The notes: generated by a model not told the origin, from the letters alone. Shown: positions 48,299-60,134, counted from the stretch's first letter. The stretch is 64,000 bases of DNA from an uncultured Actinomycetes bacterium (GCA_963811675.1 CAWESH010000013.1:10907-74906); one strand, 5' to 3'. Program-made: numbers and translations.

Positions 48299-49205
48299 AT
48301 GTCGCAAGCCCGTTCTGTGGAAGAACTGATGCGCTCGCTCGGTGCGCACGACTACCTGGCCGACCGGGGACTGGCCACGGTGCTGTCGCTGTCCTTGGCG
48401 CTGGAGAAGCCGTTGCTGCTGGAAGGTGAGGCCGGCGTGGGCAAGACCGAGCTGGCCAAGGTGCTGGCCGAGGTCGAGGGCGCCCGGCTGATCCGGCTTC
48501 AGTGCTATGAGGGCATCGATGTCGCCCACGCGCTGTACGACTGGAGCTACGCCCGCCAGCTGCTGTACATCCGCACGCTGGAGCTGTCACCCGGGGACGC
48601 CCGCGGCGACGCCGAGCAGACGCTGAATGAGCTGTTCGGCCCCGAGTTTCTGGAGCGGCGTCCACTGCTGGAGGCGATCGAGAGCGACGATCCGGTGGCG
48701 CCGGTGCTCCTGATCGACGAGATCGATCGCGCCGACGACGAGTTCGAGGCGTTCCTGCTGGAGCTTTTGTCCGACTTTCAGGTGACCATCCCCGAGATCG
48801 GCACCATCCGGGCGGTGCGGCGACCGCGCGTGATCCTGACCTCCAACCGCACCCGAGAGCTGCACGACGCTTTGCGTCGCCGCTGTCTCTACCACTGGAT
48901 CGGCCATCCCGACGTGGCCCGTGAGATCGCGATCGTGCGGGCCCGCGTGCCCGGCGTGCCCGAGCGACTGGCCGCCGAGGCGGCGGCGTTCGTCGCGCGC
49001 CTGCGCGAGGCTGATCTGGCCAAGGTTCCGGGTGTGGCCGAGACGATCGACTGGGCGCAGGCGCTGGTGGCGCTCGGGTCAGACGGAGCTGAGCGCGACC
49101 GCGGTCGAGGACACGCTCGGCTCGGTGGTCAAGGACCACGAGGACCTCGATCGGGTGCGCGAGCTGGGTGTCGAGATGCTGGTGGCGGAGGCCGCTCGCA
49201 GGTGA
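48299..49205 (+). CDS. MoxR-family AAA+ ATPase (CoxD-like; indel near 49085)
   Basis: LLLEGEAGVGKT, RLQCYEG, LLIDEIDRAD, TSNRTRELHDALRRRC. Confidence 0.93.
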
Positions 49206-50339
49206 GCTCGGTGGCTGCCCCCGGGTCGGCGGTGGTGGCGAAGCTGGTCGGGTTTGGGCGGGTACTGCGCGCCGACGGCGTCGAGGTCGGCCCGGGACGG
49301 CTGCAGGACGCTGTCCGCGGTCTCGACCTGGTCGACCTGTCCAATCGCACCGAGGTCTACCACGCCCTGCGCTGCACCATGGTGTCGCGCCACGACGACA
49401 TCGCCCCCTTCGACGCGGCCTTTCGGGCCTACTGGGAGCGGACAGCAGGCGACGGTGTCGACCTTTCGCTGGCGGTGCCCGCACCGCCGCCGCTGGTGGT
49501 TCCTGCCCATCACGTGGGCGAGGCCGGAGTGGATGTCGACGACGATGACGAGCCGCCGCCGATCGCGGCCGTGTACTCGGCCGACGGAGCTGCTCCGGCG
49601 GCGAGATTTCGCCGACATGAGTCCCGAGGAGCTGGTGGCCTGCCGCGCGGCGATGCAGCAGCTGGCGCGGTCTCAGCCGCTTCGCCGCTCGCGTCGGTTG
49701 CGTCCCGATCCAGCCGGGAGGGTGCTCGACCAGCGGCGCACGCTGCGGGCCGCGATGCGGACGCATGGAATGCCGCTTCAGCGGTCGTGGCGACGGCGCA
49801 AGCTGGTGCCGCGCAAGGTGGTGTTCCTGTGCGACGTGTCGGGCTCGATGGAGCCGTATGCCCGGGCGATGGTGATGTTTCTGCAGGCCATGACCCAGGC
49901 CGGACGGCGGGTGGAGGCATTTGCCTTCGGTACCCGGCTGACCCGGCTCACGCCTGCCCTGCGCGGTCGCGATCCCGCCCACGCGTTGCGGCTGGCCGCC
50001 GAGGCGATGCCCGACTGGGGCGGCGGCACTCGCATCGGCGAGTCGCTGGCGGCCTACAACGCCAAGTACGGCCGGGCGTCGCTGACCCGCGGCGCGGTGG
50101 TGGTGATCGTGTCCGACGGCTGGGAGCGGGGTGGCCTGGAACAGCTCGACAGCGAGCTGGCCCGGATCGCCCGCAGCGCCCATCTGCTGGTGTGGGTCAA
50201 TCCGCTCAAGGGACACGCCGGGTTCGAGCCTCTGGCCGGAGGCATGCGGGTCGCGCTGGAGCACGCCGACGTGTTTCTGGAAGGCCACAACCTGAACGCG
50301 ATCGGCTCGCTGGCAGAGGTGCTGGCCGCGGTCAGTTGA
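49202..50339 (+). CDS. CoxE-like VWA protein (indel near 49585)
   Basis: LCDVSGSMEPY, FAFGTRLTR, DWGGGTRIG, VIVSDGW, WVNPL. Confidence 0.92.
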
Positions 50340-51465
50340 TGCAGGGGCCGGTCGAGACCGGCGTGTCCGAGGCGTTGGCGACGACCGATCGGATCGCCTC
50401 GATGGGCACACCGAACCCGCCGTGGCCGGCACTGTCGGCTGCGAACATCATGGCCACCACCCGACCGGCCGGGTTCACCACCGGGCCGCCGGAGTCTCCG
50501 TGGCGCAGCAGCCCGCGCAGCGGCACCACGGTACGTGCGTGCACATGGTTTCCGTAGGCGTCGGGCGTGATCACGGTTACCGATGAGCCGGCCCGCCCGG
50601 GGCTGATCGTCAACGGTCCGTTCTCGGGATAGCCGACCAACGCCACGTTTCCGCCGCTGGCGTCCTGGTTTGCCAGCCGCAGGGGGTGAAGCCGCAGGTA
50701 GGGCACCCGGATCACCGCGATGTCGTCGTCGGCCGAGATCGCCACCACCGATCCGTAGGCGGTGATCTGGCCCCCGCTGGGGCTGACGCCGGGCTTCCGT
50801 TCGCCTGCGACCACGTGCGCGTTGGTCACGATTAGATGCGGCGAGATCGCCCAGCCGGAGCCCTGCACGATCAGGCCACAGGCGTTGCCCTCGATCTTGT
50901 ACACGCTGCGAGCGGTGCCCAGCGCAGGGACAGCGCCGGGGGTGGGGGCCGGCAGAGAGCGGTCGGCCAGTGACGGGATCACGGGCAGCGGATCGAACTG
51001 CGCCAGCGCGCTGAGGACGCTGGACGCCGGCACTGCTTTGAGGAGTGCGGGCAGGATCTCCGAGCGTTGCACATCGCTGCGCAGGCCGAGCATCGGCTGC
51101 TGCACAGCCACCACTGCGGCCAGCCACACGAGCGCCACTCCGAAGACGGCACCCACCGCGAGTCCACCGGCGGTGTCGATGGTCTCGAGCGGGCCGCGCA
51201 GCAGGTGATGCCGGATCTGGCCCGCGGCGGTGCCGGCCAGCGCCTGGGCGGCCAGCCCCAGCACCAGCGCAGCCACCATGGTTGCGGCCGGCAGCCACGG
51301 CGAGGCCGCGCCGGCCGCCAGCAGGTGAGGCGCGAGTCGCGAACCGATCACCGCGCCTGCGGCAAAACCGATCAGGCTGAGCGCGTTTGCTACCAGGCCC
51401 CTGCGCGCGCCCTGAAAGCACGAGAACACGATCCAGACCACGGCGATCAGATCCAGCAGGGTCAC
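50332..51465 (-). CDS. MarP-type serine protease with N-terminal CvpA membrane domain
   Basis: TLLDLI...GARRG, GSG, VTNAHVV, GYP, GDSGGP. Confidence 0.92.
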   Translation of the reverse strand: MTLLDLIAVVWIVFSCFQGARRGLVANALSLIGFAAGAVIGSRLAPHLLAAGAASPWLPAATMVAALVLGLAAQALAGTAAGQIRHHLLRGPLETIDTAGGLAVGAVFGVALVWLAAVVAVQQPMLGLRSDVQRSEILPALLKAVPASSVLSALAQFDPLPVIPSLADRSLPAPTPGAVPALGTARSVYKIEGNACGLIVQGSGWAISPHLIVTNAHVVAGERKPGVSPSGGQITAYGSVVAISADDDIAVIRVPYLRLHPLRLANQDASGGNVALVGYPENGPLTISPGRAGSSVTVITPDAYGNHVHARTVVPLRGLLRHGDSGGPVVNPAGRVVAMMFAADSAGHGGFGVPIEAIRSVVANASDTPVSTGPCIN

Positions 51466-51514
51466 ACCAGGGTTATACAGCCCCCAGCGGCCGTGCGTGT
51501 GCCACACTGCAGGC

Positions 51515-52354
51515 ATGGAGTTCGTACGATACGAGCACATGCCCAAGCTGAAGAGCCCCACCATGGTCGCCGCATTCCGCGGCTGGAACGACGCAGGTGG
51601 ATCGGCCAGCCTGGCCGCCGGCTTCCTGCGATCGATCACCGACGCCGATCGGTGCGCGGTGATCGACTCCGATCCGTTCGTCGACTATCAGCAGACGCGC
51701 CCCACGGTGCATCTCGTGGACGGCGAGCAGCGGCGGCTGGACTGGCCGGTGACCGAGGTGCACGCGAGTCCTGACCACGATCTGCTGGTGGTGATCGGAA
51801 CCGAGCCGAACCTTCGCTGGCGGGCGTTTGCGGGGTCGCTGGTGGACGTCGCCCACGAGTTTCATGCCCGGGTGGTCGTGACCATGGGGGCGCTCCTGGC
51901 CGACACGCCGCATACCCGGCCGGTGCCCGTATCGGCCAGCGCCTCGGATCCCGAGCTGATGGCCCGCCACGCGCTCACACCGTCCACCTACGAGGGGCCG
52001 ACCGGAATCGTGGGCGTCTTGCACGACGCCTGCACCGAGGCCGGCATCCAATCCGCCAGCCTGTGGGCGGCGACGCCGCACTACATCTCGGCTGCTCCCA
52101 ACCCGCAGGCGGCGGTGGCGTTGCTGGAGCGGCTGTCCGACCTGGTGGGCACGCCCCGCCCGACCAATGAGCTGCAGGCGGCCGCCAGCGAGTATGCGCT
52201 GCGGGTGGCCTCGGCCATCACCGACGATCCGGACATCGCCGGCTACGTGGAGCAGCTCGAGGAGCAGGTCGATTCGCAGGATGCGCCCACCGGCGATGAG
52301 CTTGCCGCCGACTTTGAGCGATACCTGCGCGAGCAGTCCGAGGGTGACGAGTGA
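51515..52354 (+). CDS. PAC2-family (proteasome assembly chaperone-like) protein
   Basis: AAFRGWNDAG, EPNLRW, GALLADTPHTRP, YEGPTGI, WAATPHY. Confidence 0.93.
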   Translation: MEFVRYEHMPKLKSPTMVAAFRGWNDAGGSASLAAGFLRSITDADRCAVIDSDPFVDYQQTRPTVHLVDGEQRRLDWPVTEVHASPDHDLLVVIGTEPNLRWRAFAGSLVDVAHEFHARVVVTMGALLADTPHTRPVPVSASASDPELMARHALTPSTYEGPTGIVGVLHDACTEAGIQSASLWAATPHYISAAPNPQAAVALLERLSDLVGTPRPTNELQAAASEYALRVASAITDDPDIAGYVEQLEEQVDSQDAPTGDELAADFERYLREQSEGDE

Positions 52355-52998
52355 GCGTCGAGGCGGGAGACGACACCTTCCAGCAGGCGGTGATCGAGCG
52401 CTCGGCGACCGTGCCGGTGGTGGTCGACTTCTGGGCCGAGTGGTGTGGGCCGTGCCGACAGCTGGGGCCCGTGATCGAGGCGGCCGTGGCCGACACCAAC
52501 GGCGCTGTCGAGCTGGTCAAGGTGGACGTCGATTCCAGTCCTCGCACCGCCGCCGCCTACCACGTGCAGGGGATCCCGGCCGTCAAGGCGTTCAAGGACG
52601 GACGGCTGGTGGACGAGTTCACCGGGGCGGTGGGCAAGCCGGTGGTCGAATCGTTCTTGCGTGGCCTGCTGCCGTCCGAGGCCGACGAGCTGGTGGCCAA
52701 GGGCGACGAGGCGTCGCTGCGGCGGGCGCTGGAGCTGCAACCAAACCACCCCGGCGCGCTGGGTGCCCTGGCCCGGCTCGAGCACGCATCCGACCCGCTG
52801 ATCGCCCCCGCGCTGGACGCCCTGGGCAGGGGCGAGACCGAGCGCGGCCTGCAGCTGCTACTGGACGCGCTTCAGCAGGCCGGCGCCGATGCCCGCGAGC
52901 GCATCCGCACGGTCATGGTGGGCGTCTTTACCGAACTCGGCCAGGATCACCCGCTGGCGTCTGAGTACCGCCGCCGCCTCGCCGCTGCCCTGTACTGA
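52351..52998 (+). CDS. Thioredoxin with TPR-like tail (YbbN/CnoX-like)
   Basis: VDFWAEWCGPC, GIP, YRRRLAAALY. Confidence 0.92.
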   Translation: MSVEAGDDTFQQAVIERSATVPVVVDFWAEWCGPCRQLGPVIEAAVADTNGAVELVKVDVDSSPRTAAAYHVQGIPAVKAFKDGRLVDEFTGAVGKPVVESFLRGLLPSEADELVAKGDEASLRRALELQPNHPGALGALARLEHASDPLIAPALDALGRGETERGLQLLLDALQQAGADARERIRTVMVGVFTELGQDHPLASEYRRRLAAALY

Positions 52999-53030
52999 GG
53001 CTGCCGGTTGGGGCCCGTGGCGACATCCAC

Positions 53031-53215
53031 ACGGTGCCAGTGCACGACGTTATTCACGCCATGCCACCCGGCTGTTTGTCGTGCCTGGGCGTGAGAGTGC
53101 CAGGCAACTTTTTATTCACCTGCGGTGCATAAAAACTGCCAGGCACTGGTTATTCACCTGCGGTGCATAACCTGGGGTGTCCAGATGAATAACGGTGCCA
53201 GGCACCGTTATTCAC
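53031..53215. repeat. Cluster of REP-like palindrome copies (degenerate copies plus one intact copy)
   Basis: Degenerate copies at 53031-53057, 53096-53119, 53125-53157 and 53163-53172; identical CTGCG spacers at 53120-53124 and 53158-53162; intact copy 53186-53215. Confidence 0.88.
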
Positions 53216-53598
53216 CCCTCAGCTTGGCGCGGCTGGCGTCGTCCCAGGCTTCGGCGGCGATTCGCTCGGCGTTGGTGTGGACGGTGACGGTGGTCGACTC
53301 GGCCGCGACGCCGGCCGTCGGCGACCGACACGATCCGCTCGGCGGTGGTCACGCTGGTGCGGCCCACGGCCGTGATCTCGACATGCACGTCGGCGTAGTC
53401 GTCGGCCTGGGTCAGGCCCGACCTGTAGTCGATCTCGCAGTGGCGCACGACCATGCAGTTGACGACGTCGTGACCCAGCAGGTCGGTGAAGTACTCGTCG
53501 CGCACCTCTTCGCCGTAGGTGAAGTACACGGAGTTGTTGACGTGCGCGAATCCGTCCAGGTCGCGCCAGCGGATCTCGATGCGTTTGACGAAGCCCAT
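53208..53598 (-). CDS. Acyl-CoA thioesterase (4HBT family; indel near 53315)
   Basis: IRWRDLDGFAHVNNSVYFTY, GRTSVT; shifted frame ends ...RAKLRGE* inside the palindrome. Confidence 0.88.
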
Positions 53599-53646
53599 GG
53601 CGAGAAGCTTGCCAGATCGGCGCGGAGTGCGATGATGGAGCCGCTG

Positions 53647-54619
53647 ATGACCGATTTCGACTGGCACGACGGCGAGCGCGTGATCCGGTTCGGGGAGACC
53701 GCGCTCGACCATCTGTGGGACGACGCCGAGTTGCTCACCACCGAACGGGCGCAGGCCGACGTTCCCCGCGCGGCTGCGGGATCGCGCCACGGCGATGCAG
53801 GTCACGTGCCCGCCGGCGCGGTGCCGGACGTCGCCGCCGATCTTGCCGCCAAGGTCGGCGGCGACCGGCTGGTCGCATGGGGTGGGGGACGGGTGATCGA
53901 CGTCGCCAAGGCGATCGCCTCGGCTCGGGGTGGCAGCGTGTGCGCCGTGCCGACCACGCTCTCGGGCGCCGAGATGTCGAGCGGCCATCGCACCCTGGCC
54001 GGGATTCGAGGACCGGCCACGGGTGCGGCCCGCGCTGGTGCTGGCGGTGCCGCGGCTGATGACCTCGGCGCCGGCCCGGCTCTGCGCTCGAGTGCCATGA
54101 ACGCGCTCGGCCATGCGATGGAGGCGCTGTACGTGCCCAGCCGAAATCCGGTGGCGACACTCGCCGGGCTGCGGGCGGCCGCGCTCATGGCCGAGGGTAT
54201 CGAGCAGTCGCCAGACGGTGGCGAGTCGCTCGCGCTGGGCTCGATCCTGGCGGGCTATGCCCTGGGCTCGACCGAGCTGTCGCTGCACCACGTGGTCTGT
54301 CAGACGATCGTGCGGGTGTGCTCGACCCCGCACGCCGCCACCAACGCGGTGATGCTGCCGCACACCACCGCGGCGATCGCCGGTTTCGCGCCGGATCCGG
54401 ATGGCGCCGCTGGCCGAGGCACTGGGTGTGTCACCGGCCGAGATGCCGGGTCGCATCGCGGAGCTGGCCGGTGGCGGCGGCTCGCTGCGCGAGCTTGGTG
54501 TGGAGCGCGACGCGCTCGAGCCGGTGGCCGAGGCGGCTCCGCGGCGCACCGAGTTGCACCGACTCGATCAGCCGCCCAGCCGCGACCAGCTGCTGCGGCT
54601 GCTCGAGCGGGCTTGGTAG
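53647..54619 (+). CDS. Iron-containing alcohol dehydrogenase / maleylacetate reductase family (several indels)
   Basis: GGGRVIDVAKA, VPTTLSGAEM, NALGHAMEALY, LHHVVCQ, PHAATNAVMLP. Confidence 0.88.
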
Positions 54620-54628
54620 GCTGAACAG

Positions 54629-54862
54629 ATGGGAAAAGGATATGCCGAAGGACCGGCGGCCGAGGAGGCCGAGGCGGCACGTGAGCGGGGCGATCACCTC
54701 AAGCTGCGCTCCGCTCCAACCGTGCGCCGGCTGGTGTGGGCATCCACCAAGGACAATCCCGAGCAGCACATGATCGGCGACGCCGACGACATCGACGCCG
54801 ACGAGCTGTTCGCCTCCGGCAAGGCCTGGGGCATCAAGATAACCACCCAAACCAGCGAGTGA
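54629..54862 (+). CDS. Small hypothetical protein (77 aa)
   Basis: -10 TAGGCT 6 nt before ATG; high-GC3 codons; fills the gap before ilvD. Confidence 0.7.
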   Translation: MGKGYAEGPAAEEAEAARERGDHLKLRSAPTVRRLVWASTKDNPEQHMIGDADDIDADELFASGKAWGIKITTQTSE

Positions 54863-54872
54863 TCGAGGCTTC

Positions 54873-56577
54873 ATGACCGATTCACCGTACGACCGACCAT
54901 CCGACCCCGCCAAGCGTCACTCCGCGGCAATCACCGACGGCCCCGACCGGGCCGCCGCGCGGGCCATGTTCAAGGCCATCGGGTTCGACGACGACGACCT
55001 CAATCGCCCGCTGATCGGTGTCGCCACCACGTGGATCGAGACGATGCCGTGCAACTACAACCAGCGCGAGCTGGCGCTTGCGGGTCAAGGAGGGCATCCG
55101 CGCCGCCGGAGGCATGCCGGTCGAGTTCAACACGATCTCGGTGTCTGACGGCGTGTCGATGGGCACCGAGGGCATGCGCGCTTCGCTGGTCAGCCGTGAG
55201 GTGATCGCCGACTCGATCGAGCTGGTGGCACGCGGCCATCTGCTGGACGGGCTGGTGTGCCTGGTCGGCTGCGACAAGACGATCCCCGCCGCGGCGATGG
55301 CGCTGTGCCGGCTCGATCTGCCCGGTCTGGTGCTGTACAACGGCTCGGTTGCGCCGGGCAAGATCCGCGGCCGCGACGTCACCATCCAAGACGTGTTCGA
55401 GGCGGTCGGCTCATACGCCGCGGGCACGATCGACGCCAAGGAGCTGCACGAGGTGGAGTCGGCCGCGATCCCGGGCGCCGGCGCCTGCGGCGGTCAGTTC
55501 ACGGCCAACACGATGTCGATGGCGCTCGAGTTCCTGGGCATCAGCCCGGCCGGCCTCAACGGCATCCCCGCGCTCAACCGGGGCAAGGGCGACGCCGCCG
55601 AGGAGTGCGGCAGGCTGGTGATGCAGCTGGTGCGCGACGACGTCCGTCCGTCGCAGATCATCACCCGCGACGCGATCGAGAACGCCGCCGCGTCGGTGGC
55701 CGCCAGCGGCGGATCGACCAACGGCGTGCTGCATCTGCTCGCGATCGCTGCCGAGCTGGAGATCCCGTTCTCGATCGACGAGTTCGACGTGATCGCCACC
55801 CGCACGCCGATCGTCGCGAGCCTCAAGCCCGGCGGCGAGTTCGTCGCCACCGACATGTTCGACGCCGGCGGGGTGGCGCTGGTGGCGCGGGAGCTGAAGA
55901 AGCGCGACCTGATCCACTCGGGCGCCGTCACCGTCGACGGGCGCACGCTCGGCCAGATCGCCGACGACGTGGTGGAGACGCCCGGCCAGCCGGTGGTGGT
56001 GCCGATCACCGCCCCGCTGAAGGCCAGCGGCGGCCTGGCGATCCTGCGCGGCAATCTCTCGCCGGACGGATGCGTGGTCAAGCTGGCCGGTCACGAGCGG
56101 CTGCACCATCGCGGCCCGGCGCGGGTGTTCGACACCGAGGAGGACGCGTTCGCGGCAGTCAAGGCGCGCTCGATCGAGGCCGGCGACGTGGTGGTGATCC
56201 GCTACGAAGGTCCAGCCGGTGGTCCCGGGATGCGCGAGATGCTGCACGTGACCGCGGCCATCGTCGGTGAGGGGCTGGGCGAGGACGTCGCACTGGTCAC
56301 GGACGGCCGCTTCTCGGGTGCGACCCACGGCCTGATGGCGGGGCACATCACCCCCGAGGCCGCCCACGGCGGCCCGATCGCGGCGCTGCGCGAGGGCGAC
56401 ATGATCGTGTTCGACGTGGAAGCCCGCGAGCTGCGGGTGGAGCTCTCCGATGACGAGATCGAGGCCCGCCTGCGGGACTGGACACCGCCGCCACCGCGCT
56501 ACACGACCGGCGTGCTGGCCAAGTACGCGTCGCTGGTGTCGAGTGCCAGTGAGGGAGCCGTCACCCGGCCGCGGTAA
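54873..56577 (+). CDS. ilvD: Dihydroxy-acid dehydratase (indel near 55080)
   Basis: RAAARAM, MPCN, SDGVSMG, CDKT, GACGGQFTANTM, GGSTN, YEGPAGGPGM, TDGRFSG. Confidence 0.97.
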
Positions 56578-57433
56578 CGGCGTCCGACACCAGCGTCGTC
56601 AGCAGTCCGCGTTTCCAGCGAGATCCCTCCAGGCCGGGGAGACCGGCCAGCGGGTCGTCGGGGTCGATCAGCCGGGGCAGGTTGGAGACGCCGATGGCCG
56701 CCACCCGCAGGCCGTCGTCGAACCGCGCCGCAGCCACGCCGGTCAGCGCGAAGCTCCAGGCGGCGCGCTCCCCGGTGCGGGCATAGGCACTTCCCAGCGG
56801 CCGGCGGGGCACGGTGATCGCCGTGATCAGCTCGCCGGCCTCCAGCGTCAGCGTCGAACGGTTGTCCTCGGTCGGCCGCCGGTACAGCTGCGCCAGGCCG
56901 AGCGTGCGCGTGGTGGTCGTGACCTGGGCGTCGAGCGCCAGCAGCGCGGCTGCCAGGTCGCTGGGCGCGACCGAGATGCAATCGCCGGTCTCCAGGCCGT
57001 GCTTTCGGTGGTCTCCGATCTGGGCGTAACAGGTGTCGCCTCCGCCCAGCCAGCAGGTCAGGTCGGGGTGGCGGAAGTACCAGCAGCGAACGCCCTGGCA
57101 GAGGTTCCCGGCGACGGTTCCCATCTCCCGCAGCTGATGTACCCCCACCGCCCCCGCAGCCTGCGCGAGCGCCTTGTAGCCGGCTTGCACCGCCGGGTCG
57201 CGGCTGAGGTCAGCCAGGCTCGTGGTGGCGCCGATCTCGAGCCCGGCGTCCGTCTCGGAGATTCCGCTGAGGCCGAGCCCGCGCAGATCGACCAGCTGCT
57301 CGGTGGTGCGGATGCCGCGGTGCACCTGGGTGAGCAGGTCGGTGCCGCCGCCGATTGCGTGGCCGCCGGCTGCGAGCAGCTCGGACGCCTGCTTCACCGA
57401 GTCGGGCTTGGAGTAGTCGAAGTGCTGGGTCAT
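56561..57433 (-). CDS. Xanthine dehydrogenase-family FAD subunit (YagS/PaoB-like)
   Basis: GGGTDL, QLREMGTVAGNL, RCWYFR...CW...CYA Fe-S insert, PSDLA. Confidence 0.92.
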   Translation of the reverse strand: MTQHFDYSKPDSVKQASELLAAGGHAIGGGTDLLTQVHRGIRTTEQLVDLRGLGLSGISETDAGLEIGATTSLADLSRDPAVQAGYKALAQAAGAVGVHQLREMGTVAGNLCQGVRCWYFRHPDLTCWLGGGDTCYAQIGDHRKHGLETGDCISVAPSDLAAALLALDAQVTTTTRTLGLAQLYRRPTEDNRSTLTLEAGELITAITVPRRPLGSAYARTGERAAWSFALTGVAAARFDDGLRVAAIGVSNLPRLIDPDDPLAGLPGLEGSRWKRGLLTTLVSDAVTAAG

Positions 57434-59672
57434 CCGGCCAGCGCCTCCAGTACCCGTCGCGGGGTGTACGGCGCCTCGTGCAAGCGCACTCCCAGGGCGT
57501 GGGCGATCGCGTTTCCGATGGCACCGGCCGTGGGGATGATGGGCGGCTCGCCCAGTCCTTTGACGCCCAGCGGCAGGCTGGGATCGGGATCGTCGATGAA
57601 CTCGCACACGATCTCGGGTGTGTCGGCCATGGTGGGGATCTTGTAGTCCTCCAGGCCGGGATTGACCACCGTGCCGGTGGTCGGGTCGACCACTCGCTCT
57701 TCGGTCATGGCGAACCCGATGCCCTGCAGGACGCCGCCCTGCGCTTGGCTGCGGGCGCCCATCGGGTTGATGATGCGACCGACGTCGTGCACAGCCACGA
57801 TCCGCTCGATGGTGACCACCCCGGTGGCCGTGTCCACCGCCACCTGAGCGACCTGGCAGCCGAAGGTGTTGACGGCCAGATCTGCCGGGTTGGGGCCGCG
57901 CGACCCGCGGCCCGTCACCCAGGCATTGCCGAGCTTGGAGGTGAGCTCGGTGATCGGCCGTCGCAGGGTGCCGTCGATGGAACGCACCTCGCCGCCTTCG
58001 AGCGTCAGATCCGACGCCGAGATCTCGAACAGGTCGGCGGCCAGCTCCAGCAGCTGGGTGCGGGCGTGGTGGCCGGCCGAGCGCACCGCCGGGGCGATCG
58101 ACGAGAGCGTCATCGACCCTCCGGACATCGGGCCGTGGGCGGCAAGCGAGGTGTCACCGGCCTGCACCTTGACCGACTCCACCGGGACGCCCAGCCGTTC
58201 GGCCACCACGATCGCGCTGGCGGTGATGGTGCCGGTGCCGAGATCCTGCAGGCCGACGGTGAGCACCGGACGGGCGGTGCGGCCGATGCGCACCTCGGCG
58301 TAGGCCGGGGGAGCCCCGCCGCCCCACCAGTACTGGGTCGCACAGCCCATCCCGCGGCGAATGCGACCCTCGCCTCGCAGCTGTTCGCGGTCGCTCCACC
58401 CCGACAGCTGCTCGGCTCGGTCGTAGCAGGCCAACAGCCGCTTGGACGAGTACTCGCGGCCGCCGCCCTGGTCGCGATCGGCGTGGTTTCGGCGGCGCAG
58501 CTCCAGCGGGTCGATCTCGAGCACTTCGGCCAGCTCGTCCATCGCGTTCTCGAGCGCCCAGGTGCCCTCCATCACGCCGGGAGCGCGGAATGCCGCCGAC
58601 GGCCCCAGGTTCTGGCGAATCGGCAGCACCATCGTGTGCACGTTGTCGCACTGGTACACCGACTTGACCGGCTCCAGCATCGGGAACGACCAGCCGGCCG
58701 ATCCCAGCCCCATCACCGCGGAGGCCTCGATCGCGGTCAGCACGCCCGTCGCGGGTGGCCCCCAGCTCGATGTGGATGTCGGCCGGCGTGCGGAATCCGG
58801 CGGAGAGGTTCTCCTCGCGGCGCGACAGCACCAGCCGCACCGGCCGGTCGGTGCGGCGCGAGAGCTCGGTCGAGATCACCCCGGTGTCACCGCAGCCGAT
58901 CTTGGAGCCGAACCCGCCGCCCATGTACTCGCACAACACCCGCACCTGGTCGAGCTCCAGCCCGAATGTGGCGGCCAGCTCGCTGCGGGCGCTGTAGATG
59001 CCCTGGGTGGAGCACCAGGCGGTCAGGCCGTCCGGCCGCCAGTCGGCCACGGCACAGTGCGACTCCAGCGAGTTGTGAAGCTGCGCCGGGGCGTGGTAAT
59101 CCGTCTCCACCGTCACGTCAGCCGCTTTTAGACGCCGCCTCGGCGTCGCCGCGCTCGTCATCGCTCGGCTCGCCCAGGAAGCGCTGAGCCTCGACGCCGT
59201 CGTCCAGGTCGATCAGGAAGTCGAGCACCTCGTACTGCGGCTGCAGCGCGATGAGAGCCGCGGCGGCCGCGTCGGCGGTGTCGGCGGCGACGGCCGCGAC
59301 CGCCGCGCCGGCATACACCGGCTCGTCGGTCAGCACCGCATCGCCGTCGTACTCGGGGGTGTCGCCGGGACCGATCACGCCATGCACCCCGGGAACCGCA
59401 CGGGCGGCGTCCAGATCGATCGACACCAGCCGCGCGTTGGCGTGGGGGCTGCGCAAGACGCGCGCCTCGAGCATGCCCGGCAGGTCGATGTCGGAGGTGT
59501 AGCGAGCCGTGCCGGTGACGCGCGCCTGGGCGGTGATGCGGGTGGCCTCGCGGCCGATCACCGGCGGTCGCTCGTCCTGCGCCCACTCCGGCGTATCGTC
59601 GTCGTCGACCAGCACCCAGCGCTCCTCGACGCGGCCCTCGATCACCGCCTCGGTCTTGACCAGCCGCGGCAT
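57430..59672 (-). CDS. Xanthine dehydrogenase-family molybdopterin subunit (YagR/PaoC-like; indels near 58745 and 59130)
   Basis: RVTGTARY, RSPHANA, HNSLESH, MGGGFGSK, AFRAPG, GVKGLGEPP. Confidence 0.93.
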
Positions 59673-60127
59673 CAGCCGTCGCCTTCGGCGACAGCCAGGA
59701 CGGCCGCCTCGATGTTGACATAGGCGCCGCAGCGGCAGAGGTTCCCGCTCATGTGGTCGCGCACCGCCTCGCGAGTGGGGGCGGGGTCACGCTCCAGCAG
59801 CGCAACCGCCGACATCAGCTGGCCGGGAGTGCAGAAGCCACACTGAAATGCGTCGTTCTGGGTGAACGCCTGCTGCAGCCGCTCGAGCAGCTCGCCGCCG
59901 CCTTCGAGCGTGCGCACCGCCGCGCCGTCACACGCCACGGCGAGTGTCAGGCACGACAGCGCGGCTCGGTCGTCGATCAATACCGTGCACGCTCCACAGG
60001 TGCCCTCGGCGCATGCGAGCTTGAGCGCGGTGAGCGATTCGTCGCCTCGCAGCAGGTCGGCAAGTGTCCGGTGCGCCGGGACGTCGAACCGCCGTTCGCG
60101 ACCGTTGATGGTGAGCCCGACCTGCAT
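59672..60127 (-). CDS. Xanthine dehydrogenase-family 2Fe-2S subunit
   Basis: CAEGTCGACTV, QCGFCTPG, GNLCRC. Confidence 0.95.
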   Translation of the reverse strand: MQVGLTINGRERRFDVPAHRTLADLLRGDESLTALKLACAEGTCGACTVLIDDRAALSCLTLAVACDGAAVRTLEGGGELLERLQQAFTQNDAFQCGFCTPGQLMSAVALLERDPAPTREAVRDHMSGNLCRCGAYVNIEAAVLAVAEGDG

Positions 60128-60134
60128 CCACCGG

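Noticed and set aside
53031..53215. CRISPR array
   Set aside because: The spacers are identical 5-mers rather than unique 30-40-mers, the repeats are degenerate and dispersed elsewhere, and there are no cas genes.
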